Source: Monocercomonoides exilis PA203
Lineage: Eukaryota > Protista > Preaxostyla
Direction: 5' to 3'
Assembly: GCA_001643675.2 (NCBI GenBank)
Contig: LSRY02000049.1
Span: 1 to 64,000, forward strand
Length of the DNA stretch: 64,000 nt
Each line of letters begins with the position of its first letter. The stretch's first letter is position 1. This document shows, piece by piece, positions 24,728 to 36,459 of the stretch. A program made the translations under genes and the position numbers. The notes beneath the pieces are model-generated. The model was given only the letters and a program-made list of their open reading frames with translations, was not told the origin of the DNA and searched no databases.

Positions 24728-25245
24728 TGGATCATTTTTATTGAAAACTTCCATTTGTTTTATTTTCAGATAAAATAAGAATTTCATATTTTCATCAAAT
24801 CTCTGTTCACACTTATTAAACTTCACAGAAATGGAAATCAAAACCTTAACGATGTTATTATTTTCATTTCAGTTAAGAAATATTTGTGGGAACAGAAAAT
24901 TGATGAAAATATGAAATTCTTATTTTATTTGGGGCAAAATATTTAGATTCAGGCATTTTCATTGAAAAATTATGCACTTTTCATTGACTTTTTTTGATCA
25001 AAAAATGCAATAAAAATGGGTCCATTTTTTTGACATTCGTGAAATGTTGGAAAACTTCTTATTATGATTTCAACGATCCATGTATGGAGATATAAAAGTC
25101 AAATGTATTTTGAAATTAGAGAAAGCGAAACAAAGTTATGAGTGAAACAATTTTTCATTGCCGTGTGCAAAAAATGCTTGAAAGTCCGTATTTATCCCCA
25201 TTTGTTCATTAAACAAAAGGGAGTTTTCAAAAAAAAAATTAATTA
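24728..25245. mobile_element. Third copy of the palindromic MITE family, interrupted by a GGGG..CCCC element
   Basis: Inverted repeats at ~24773-24812 and 24887-24929. The right arm resumes at 25200 (atttgttcattaaacaaaagggagttttcaaaa), matching the family's arm. Confidence 0.6.
24931..25199. mobile_element. 269-bp non-autonomous DNA transposon with GGGG...CCCC termini and a 4-bp ATTT target duplication
   Basis: The left end ggggcaaaatatttagattcaggcatttt resembles the reverse complement of the right end (ggggataaatacggactttcaagcatttt). ATTT at 24927-24930 and 25200-25203. A diverged second copy lies at 27627-27894. Confidence 0.7.
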
Positions 25246-25298
25246 AATATATATGTTATTATTTGATGAAAAATCGCAAACGTAAAATTTTCTAGTTA

Positions 25299-25704
25299 CA
25301 GTTAGTGTTTATAATGGTGGGCACTTTTTTTAACTGTGGACAATCGCATCATCTCAACAACCGTTAATAGTTTCATAAAGACAATTTATCGAATGATTCC
25401 TTCAACGAATATAAACAAATATGAGTTGTTTTTATTTTTTATCCAACACAGTGAAAAATAATGATTATTATTTTTTATTATCGGAGAAACTCGGAGAATC
25501 TTATTTCTCCGAGTTTCTCCAAGAATTGAAAATGATAAGTTTTTTATTTTTGGGGTAAAATTGTTTCATTTTTGAATGACTTATAAGTTTGTGTTCACAG
25601 AGGAAATAATTGGTCTAATTATCAAATAGGAAACGTCAATTGTCGTTGAGATATTGCGACCATCCTCAGTTATTAAAAGTGCCTGCCATTATTTACACTC
25701 ACAA
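25299..25704. mobile_element. 406-bp foldback (fully palindromic) Tc1/mariner-type MITE, TA-flanked
   Basis: TA|CAGTTAGTG...CACTCACAA|TA. The arms align over >100 bp. A perfect 16-bp central stem ggagaaactcggagaa/ttctccgagtttctcc (25483-25520) is centred exactly on the element midpoint. Confidence 0.75.
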
Positions 25705-26030
25705 TAAATATAATTTTCATATCTTGATTAAAATTTTGTTCACACTCACAAATCCACATGATAATGTGCCTAACAGCATTGACATGTTTTTTCCTCCATT
25801 CTGATGAACTTTTGCAAATAAGAACAGAATTATGAAAAAAATAATGAGTGCTTGTTATTGTTTGTGGAAGTGTTTCTGAGGAAGAAAAAACTACAATTGA
25901 TAAACAAATGTTTATAATGAACCTTGACAATTTATTTTATATTTTGTGACATCAAAACTTCTGCAACTTCTGCTTTCATTTAATAAAATACATATTTGAA
26001 AACAAATCTCTTGTTTTAACTTTGTTTTAA

Positions 26031-26754
26031 CAGAGATGCACCAAAAATAATTCAAAGTCGAAAAACTTTCAAACGAAATCGAAAATTATTATTCAAAGTC
26101 GGAAAACATTCATTCAAAGTCGAAAGTTTTTATTCGAAGTCGAAAAGGTTTCATTCAAAGTAGAAAATTTGACAAAAAAAATAACTTTAAATCAAGAGAA
26201 TTCAGTTGGAGAAAAATATTGTTCTTTCATTTTTGAGAACATTATCATAAATGGATGTGTTGTTGATTTCTGCAAAATATGAAGATTTCGAACCAAAACA
26301 AACTCAAAAATAAAATATTAACATAACTTGGAACATTTGTTTCCTTCAATAAGAAATGAGTTGTTTGTGATGAAAAAACACGAAATAAGAGAGCCAATAC
26401 TGTATTCTTCATTCTACATCAAATAGGGGAAAAAATAAAAAATTTCTATGGAAAATTTTCTGTAAAGAAAAGTATTTTCAATTGAAATGAGATAAAAATG
26501 TGTCAGAATTTCTTTCATATTTTCAAATATGCTATTGGACAAAAGAAAGTGAAGAAATATATCGGAAAAAAATATGAAAAGTCATTAAAATAACAAATAT
26601 CATAAGTATTTCAACAATAACGATGTTTTTTTTGACTATTATTGATTTTAGTCACTTTTTTAATATTTGAAGTTTTTCGAACTTTCGACTTTGCTTGAAA
26701 CTTTTTCGATTTTGTTTGAAACTTTTTCGACTTTGAATAATTTTAGGTGTTCTG
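26031..26754. mobile_element. Non-autonomous TIR element with subterminal TTCAAAGTCGAAAA repeats
   Basis: The left end cagagatgcaccaaaaataattcaaagtcgaaaaactttcaaacgaaatcg matches the reverse complement of ~26700-26754. The ~14-bp motif occurs about 5 times at the left end and about 3 times, inverted, at the right end. No clear TSD. Confidence 0.65.
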
Positions 26755-26799
26755 TTTCAAAAGAATAAATCGTTGCAAGAACAGCTGCTGTAACGATGT

Positions 26800-27246
26800 T
26801 GCTTTAACGGAATTGTCATTTGGTAAATCAGAGTGAAATTCTTAATGAATGATTGTGTTCTTTGCAAAGAAAAATTTTGATAATAGAATACAAAGCAACA
26901 ATATGAATGCTAGATATTGAAGAACGGAAAACAGAGCATAATAAAATAATTTTTGATAGCGCTTATGTTAAACAGAAAGAATGAATTTTTCATTCAAAGT
27001 TTAGAAAAATACTCCATGGCGTAAATGATTATTCATTCTGATAAATGCCGAGCTCATTCATGTTAAAATTCTTTGTGTTGAAAGCATTCTACAGTTAGCC
27101 ATAAGTATCGGTTCAAAGATAAAACAACCACTGCTTTCACGAACATTATCGATGGGATTTGGAGTCAACAAAGAAGTTTTTCACTTCGAACAAGTTCAAG
27201 AATGAAATTCATTGATAATTATTTTGCAAGTTTTGTAACATTATAA
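26800..27246 (+). pseudogene. Merlin / IS1595-ISXO2-like DDE transposase relic
   Basis: From 27025: MIIHSDKCRAHSC*NSLC*KHSTVSHKYRFKDKTTTAFTNIIDGIWSQQR..FIDNYFASF. This matches the Merlin/IS1016 pattern I.SD.w.aY..L....H..VNHs..F......TN.IEg.WS. An upstream *MLDIEER segment resembles WVFGGIER. In-frame stops are present. Confidence 0.75.
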
Positions 27247-27626
27247 AATAAATCTAGACATTTTCATGAGTATGTTAGAATGATTAATGATTTTTTCTTT
27301 CAAATGAATGCGAAAAACAAAAGGAGCTAGTTGTTTGTTTCGGTGATGAAAATACAGTGACTGATTGCAATTTCACTCCAACAACAGAAAGATCATCGGA
27401 CGAAGATCTTGGAGTTGGCGATGACTGAGATGCATCTGAATTCGCTGTTGATAGAGATTTTTTTTGATTTTTTATCTCATTCGCAAAATACTACTAGAAT
27501 TCACTCTTTAACCTAACTCATTTTATAAAAACAGTTCAAAAGCTGTTTATGAAGCTTTTTGAGGACTTTACAAAAAAATATTCCTGACTAAAAGAGATTA
27601 GCATATTTTCTGTTCTTTTTTTTTAT

Positions 27627-27894
27627 GGTGAAAAATATTACTCTTTTGGAATTTTCAAGAAAAAAATTTGCACTTATGATAGACTTATTCAGATCAAAAA
27701 ACTCAATTTGAGTGGGTTCATTTTTTGACATCCTTGGAATATTGGAAGACTTTATGTTTTGGTTTCAATGATGTTTGTTTTCAGCAATTAGATTCTAAAT
27801 TATTAAGAAATTTGAGAAAGAGAAATAAAGTTATGAGCGATTAAAATTTTCAGTGCCTTTTGCAAAAAAATGTTGAAAGTTCGTATTTTCCCAC
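27627..27894. mobile_element. Diverged second copy of the 269-bp GGGG..CCCC element
   Basis: Aligns with 24931-25199 in direct orientation (gatcaaaaa..gggttcattttttgaca..gagaaag.gaaa.aaagttatgag..tgcaaaaaa..tgaaagt.cgtattt). Confidence 0.65.
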
Positions 27895-28171
27895 AAATTT
27901 TCAATTTCGAATTTAAGTTTTTGACTTTGCTTATTTTTCATACAGTTGACCAAAACTGGTTCAGATGGTTTTTGATAAAAAAAATGAGTTTTATTGAATT
28001 CAATTACAATAATTTTTTATCAGGATTTACAAATCACTCTATACGATGTATGAAATATAATTCTTGTTAATCTTTTTGAAAACGGAAAAAAAAGTCTCTT
28101 ATCAAAGATTAGAGAACAAAAAATTCTTTTTGTAATAACACATTCATTTTTGCTTTTAAAATCAAATGTAA

Positions 28172-29560
<1,389 letters not shown>

Positions 29561-29751
29561 GCAGATGAATTACGTGAAATAACTTAAGCGTTGACATGGG
29601 CTGTAGTTAAAAGAATAAACCCATTCCTTTTTTATCGCACTTTTTTGATCATATAAATAATAAAAATTATAAAAAAGTTAAAAAATTTATATTTTACACA
29701 AAAGTGAATTCAATTAATACGCATATCAACGCATTTTCATAACTAGATCAA

Positions 29752-32700
29752 ATGGTATTTTCTAATTGATTATATAGCTGTGCTTATGACTTTCAAAATA
29801 ATTCTTTCGTTTTACTCCATTTCTTCGTTCTAATTTTCAGATCCAGGAATATTCAAGCACTGTATCGCCAGTACAGGTAATTTATAACAAAAAGAATCAG
29901 CAGGCATATTATTTTAGCTTCCATCTTTTTGCATAATATGAAAAGAATTATCTTTTTTATCATTTGTTTTTTTTTAAAACAAAACATTTACACAAAAATT
30001 TTTCGATTACCTTTAGAGTGTGATGCTTCTTTTTTGTGCGAAATTAATTTTCACTTTCTTCAATCTTATTTTTGTAGCGTATGAGCAAAGAGAAAATGAT
30101 AATTTATATACAGATAGCACCAATAAAGAACTCCGAAATCCGAATGATTTTTCTCAAAGAGTGCAACAAGAAATTGAAGGCAGTCAAAGATCATCCAGGA
30201 GCCAATCTACTACAAATTATTTCACTCCGTTAGAGGATATCAAATCTTTATTTCGAGCGTTTACAAATTCTGTAACTGATGCATCAGCACTCGGATTATT
30301 GAGCTCAAAAAATTTGTTATGCGTTTTGCGCGTGAAAGTTAACACGGTTGAGCTTCGGGTATTTTGTTTTGAATTGTCTTCCATTAATATATGTGAATAT
30401 TTAATTCTTTTGATAGGATTCTGCTCAAACGCATCTTGTATTAACATTACGCCGTGGGCAGACAAAAATAAAACAGTTAAAAACTGATAGCGTTAATCAA
30501 ACCGATACTCCACGTTATAAACAGAATATTTTTGATTTTGTCATTCCTGCAAACTTACCATTTTACAATCCTCAATTAAATCTGATGGTTGTCAAAGAAG
30601 AAGTGACAGTTGTTGAAAACGAAGATCAAAGTGCATCTCAGACAGTAACGGAAAGCAACGAAGCGAGTGGAGGAGGCGAAAAAGAAGGGCAATCCGAGAA
30701 TGATGCATCATCCATGAAACCATCGAATCTCTCATCACCATCATCTTCCGTGCAGACATCTGCAGGATCTGCTCCAAACACACAAACAACAGTTCCACAA
30801 TTGCCTCTTTCACAGCCTGACGCAACGGCCAATCATTCTGCTTCAAATGAAAATCCGAAGACTTCTCCACAAAAGCAGACAACCACTTCATACTCTCCAT
30901 ATGCTGTCTGTCAGTTTTCGCTTTCACCACTCTTCACAGAAATGATGAAAGGAAGGCCGCTGTATCTGCTGCTCCCTGTCTCTGCGACGTCTCGCTTGCA
31001 GGTGAAGATCCTTCCCCAGACAATGGAATATTGGCTGCGGGCAGGTGTCAAGCAAGTGCAGTTTGTTCAGAACCAGATGGCAATTGTGATGGTGAGTGAT
31101 GGCGTTTTCAGCACATTCGGTGCTCCAGACGCATCTCAGGGCCTATCTTCATCCTCTTCGGAAACAGGCAATTCCTCCCCTTCTTCTTCTGCTTCTTCTT
31201 CACCTTCAAAACCCACAAACTTATCGCAGTTTGCTTCGTATCTTGCCCCGCTTCTCTACAAACAGATGACGAACTCGCAGAATCCAGCCACAAAGGCATT
31301 TTTCCATTCTATTTCGTACAGAAAGCACGTTCCTGGTGTCATCAAAGGATTTGAAGGCGTGTCGAAGGGCACTCCGCTGATCGAAAAGATCATCAGCGAC
31401 AGCAGCGAAGAAGTTTACTCATCGCCTGCTGCCTCTTCTTCCTCTTCTGCTTCTTCATCAGAAGCTCAAATGAGCGAAAAGAAGAAGGCTTTCCAGCTTC
31501 AGTTGAAGAAGAGAAAGGCAAAGCGATGGATGATTGAGCCGTCGCTCATGGGTGTTATTTCGGTGGAGCTTCGGATTTATCCTATTTTCCCAAATGTCAC
31601 TGCAATTCCGCCAGAAATTGTGATTCGTGTTCCGATTAAGCGAGAGCAAAGAAAAATGCTTGCAAGTGAAGAGCATAGAGAAGAAGGGAACGACGAATTT
31701 AATTCACTTCAAAACACTTCACCATCTTCGCCTTCTTCATCTTCTTCATCTTCTTCCTCTTCATCGTCATCATCTTCTTCTCCAACAGAAAATGACTTTC
31801 AGGAGCCTTCTTCGATACCGCAATTGAACACCCACCTGTCGACTGCTTCTCTTGAGCCATTTGTTCGTCCCGACTCGTCCAGCTCTGTCTCTTCTATGAC
31901 GCCTCTCATTCTCCACGAGGATCAACCTCCGAATTCTGACACACGCTCATCGCGCGCACCGCTTGTTCCTCCACTTCACCTCACACCAACACTCACACAA
32001 CGCTCGCAAGGTGCACCTGCTTCTCTGCGTTCTCCTGCTTTCCTATCATCTTCTGTCGCTGATGCTGTTCCTTTGCCTCCTCTGCCGGCAGATGAGGCAG
32101 CCCCGCAGATGGAGACGAAGTCCATTCCTGCACTTTCTCGCCCAGTTGCTGTGCAAATTCACGTGTTCTGGGCAGAAGCTGGTGCAGAAGTGGTGCATCC
32201 ACAGAAGGAAGGCGAATCAATGAAATTTGATCTGCCTGAAATGAACGGCAATGCAAAAGATGAAGACGGCAACATGAACATTAAACAGAAGCTGGAAAAT
32301 CAGCTTGCACTTGCCAAGTTGCAGAAGAACGAGCCAGTCAGAGTGAAAACGGAGGAGCTTCTGCGGAAGTTGGAGGAGGAAGAAGAGCAAAAAGAGAAGC
32401 AGAAGAAGAAGACGTCAAAGACAAGCATCAATTATGTCCTGCCGAAAAGAGTGGTGGTGAGAATACGAGCAACAGACGCAAGATCAGAGCTGGCAGAGAC
32501 GATACCAGGCGTCTACGAAACAGCCGAAGACCCCGATTGCCCAGGGAAGATCAAGGAGCTCAGAGAAAGAGCGTTTGATGCATTTACTTCATCGTCGTTA
32601 TCAATCATTCATCAACCTTTTTTCTTTTATTTTTGAAATAACTTTTTATTTTTTTCTGTTTATTTTATTGACATTATTTACAAACTTATTATAATGATAA

Positions 32701-35380
32701 TGTATAGCTTCTTCTTCGAGGATTTCACTTTTGTGTCTGATATGCGCTCTCCACTGGTCTTTTCGCTGATTTCGCAGACACCAAATGCTCAGACGCAGAA
32801 GACGCCTGAGAAAACGAGCTATTCAGAGTCTCCCCTTTTGACTTTTGCTGTGTCTCTTCGGCAGGCAGCACTGAAAGCAAACGAAACGTTTCTCTGCCGC
32901 TTTGTCGACCCGACAGTTGGGTATGCGCTGTCTGTTGGTATCCACACGCAGCACCTGAAGCGCATCGTCAGAAGCTTCCCTGTGCCGAAGCTGATGCTTG
33001 ATTTTGGCGTGTACACACCACCTGTCCATGGGATCCACCCCCCTTTGCCTCCTGTTGTGGTCACACGGATGACACCTGACTGGGAGTCGCACTGGGAGGC
33101 GATGATGGAGAAGTTTGACCCGACTGCCGCTGAAATGCCGGAGTTCACAAATGGATATCCACACACTTTCCTCCCGTTTGTGTGCGTGCCTGTTAAAGTG
33201 CAGCCAACATGGACAGACATGGCGCGCGTCAGAGAGGTCATCGAGAAGATGGAGATGAATGCGCTAAGCGAGGAAAACTTGTACTACGGAATGTCAGACC
33301 TGGGCAGCTACATCGAAGATACCGCAAGCTGCCCAGACGAAATAAACTATCCTTCGATGACGTTTTATTCTCTTCTGAAGCCGACGTCGCTGGAGTATCA
33401 GAACCATCTTTCTGGCGATGGTAGACAGGAGGCTCCTCCAAACATCTCAGCTTCCCGGCCAAAGCCGTCAAATCCGCAGCCAACGTGCCCTTTGCCGCCG
33501 GCTGGCATTCTCGAATTTCTGTACACGACTCCTCTGCCTAATCCTTCCTCTGTCACAGGCATCGCCTTTATTACTCGGCCTGGGTGGGGCGGGACATTCC
33601 GTGCCTTTGTTGACCCGCTGTATGCGCTGAACCCGGAGTCAGCGATATTCATCGAGTTTTACTCGCCGATTATCAACCAGGAGACGAAGCAAGGGCTGTT
33701 CAAGAAGAAAGCACTGGATTTAATTGAAAAGGAAAGCAAAGACAAGAAAACAAAACAGGAGTCAGAAGCAAAATCTACAGCACTTCAGCTGCCTGTTGTT
33801 TCACTGAAAGATATAAAAAAAGAAACAATCAAAACATTCCTAACACTCAAAGCTGTGGCAATTGCGCCTTTGGTTGATGAAATGTCGAAGGAAGTGTGTT
33901 CTTTTGGATTCGCTTTATGTTTTAAAAGGAGATTTCTTATTGATCATGTTGTAATTATTTTTATAATTTGATATGTTTTGTATAGTATCAACTTCTTAAG
34001 AAGACGCAAACCATCAGAAGGCTGTACATGAAGATCGATAATGTTCCTGTGACATCGACAGACCCGAATGCATATGCGTCCATCAGCATCGACGCCATCA
34101 TCCGCCCAATGCCATTGAACTCCAATGTGAAGAAAGACGGCTCGTACATTGTTCAGCCGCCTGCTTCTTTCACAGTCGACGAATTTGGGCTGAAAGAGGC
34201 ACGGAGAGGAGAAGACGAAGTGGAGGAGCTTTTTATTGGTAAAATCACGCAAACCGTGGAAGGAGAGCAAGAAGAGGATGAAATGGATGGGGATGTTGAT
34301 ACAGAATTTGATATGCTGATGGCTGAGTTAGGAGGAGGAGGAGAAGGAATGTCTGCGGAAGAGCTGAAGTGTTTGAAGGACAGGAAGAAAAAGCAGCGCA
34401 AAAACAAATCACAGAAAAAGGCCGATCTTGCATTGGCAGCAGTGGAAAAGTCGTCGGAGGCATCGCAACAAGACGACGAAGACGACATTATCTCATCAGC
34501 TTTGTTTGAGGCGCAGGCAGAAGCAGCTGGGGTGCCACCGGAGGAGATGCCGGATTCGGAAGGGAAGCGGATCTGGGAAAGGCTGAAGCTGAAAGGGGTG
34601 AATGGCATCATGAAAGTGATGAAAGTGATGCAATCGGGAGACGATCAGAACAACGCGCTGTTGGAGAATGAGATGGAGCATGTTGAGGAGATGAAGAATG
34701 AACTGGAGCAGCAAAAGGAAGAGGAGCTGGCTGAGTTGAAGAAACAGCAAGAAGAAGAGGAAAGAATACGGAAGCAGATGGAGGAGGAGAAGGCAGAAAA
34801 CGAGAGGAAGGCGATGCTGCTTGCTGCTCAGTTGCAAAGAGAACATGAACAGGAATTGGAAAGGCAGAAAATGGAGGAGATGGAAAAGAAGAGACAGGAG
34901 GAAGAAAGAATAGAAGCAGAAAAGTTGGAGCAGAAAAAGAAAGAAGAAGAAGAAGAGTTGGAACGGAAGAAGAAAGAAGAGGAGGAGATTCGTGCAGAAT
35001 TGCTGAGAGAGGAAGAAGAAACGAGAATTGCACATGAAAAGTTGAAAGCAATGTTGGCTGAAAAAGAAAAACAAAAAGAAACCGAAGAGAAGGAGAAAGA
35101 GGAGAAGGAGAAGGAGATAGAGAAAGATTCACTTCCCCAAAATGGATTGTTTTCAATTGTTGGTGTGACAGCAGCATCGATTTCGGCAAAAAAGCAAAAC
35201 AGAAAACAAAAAATTGACAAGAAACTTAAAGCTGCTATGAAGCGAATTCAGAAAGAGGAGGAAGCTGCAAGAAGGTTACAGGAAGAAATTAGAAAGTTAA
35301 ATGAATTGAAAGAAATGCGAAAGAAGAAAAAGAAACAGCAACCGAAAAACGAAGGTGATGAAGAAAATGCATCAAACTGA
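29752..35380 (+). CDS. Large C2-domain-like protein with Ser-rich linkers and a C-terminal Glu/Lys coiled coil; introns 29755-29840, 29877-30016, (30018-30077), 30359-30416, 32573-32707, 33894-33985
   Basis: GT-AG junctions join ORFs 30020, 30585, 32694 and 34028 in frame. LRVKVNTVELR..LKTDSVNQTDTPRYKQNIFDFVIP resembles C2-domain strands. The E/K/Q-rich helix lies at 34660-35340. Confidence 0.7.
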
Positions 35381-36459
35381 ATTTACAAAAACAAAGGCAG
35401 TTTATAGCTTACATTGGAGATGTGATTTAACCACAGAATTGATTATGAGGCATTTCTCGTTTGTTCGGAATTTGGGAGAATTGTGTGACAACACTCTTCT
35501 TCTGCAATATTTGAAATGGAACAGCAAAGCCGAAAATTACTGAGGCAAATGTATTTCGAAGATTTCGAGTTTTTTATTTCACGTTAATCGCACCAATCAA
35601 CACTTTTTGATTGGAGGAATGAAATAATCCATTATTTTGCGCAAAGAATAAAAAAGTAACCGAATATCTTGCAAAACATTCACATTAATGCAAGCGGAAA
35701 ATAGAAAAAAGAATTATTATTATTATTTTTCAATTGTTTTAAGCTTTAATTAAAGCAGAAAATAATTTTCTTTTGTACAATAATCTTTTCATCTTAACTT
35801 TCACATACACTCTTAAATGTTATTCTTCAATAACAAAATTATTCTCTCTGTTTGACTTTCACAACATTTGTATTCGATTTGCATGCATGGGTTATTGCTA
35901 AAGCTTTTTTTTTTACTTTTAATTAATTTATTTTTTGTGATTCTCATTCTCATTTGCTCTTCCATCTTAACTTGCAATGTGTTATGGATGCTTTCATCCT
36001 CCTTTCTTCTACTGTTTTTTTATTTTTTTTCAAATAATTTATTTGTATTTGAAAAAAGATGCTTTTTTTGAAGTTTATGTAGTTATTATTCTCTTTCATT
36101 TGTTTATATTATATTTTTTATATTTTATTCTTTTCCTTGTATTTGTTTATATCCGCTTTTCATTTTGTTTCTTTTCCATTTTGGATTATTGGTGATCACA
36201 AATCGCATAGCAATGCATCTTCCTATTTTTATCTACCAGAAGGTAAAAAGAAATATTCGAACTATTAATTCTTGTTTAACTGAAGAATAGCAAAAATAAT
36301 TGTTTGAAATTAAAAAACTAAACTAATAGATTGAAAAATAAAATGCGTACGAGTATAACAGCAACGCATGTCTTTCATCTTTCAATATGTTTCACAATCT
36401 CCAGAATTCGTGAAGGAAATAACTTTTTCTAGCTCACAAAAAATAAAAAGAAAAGAAAC

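Noticed and set aside
26050-26170. Spaced ~14-bp repeats resembling a CRISPR or iteron array
   Set aside because: Spacers are only ~6-7 bp, an inverted set lies at 26670-26740, and there are no cas genes in this eukaryotic context; better explained as transposon subterminal repeats.
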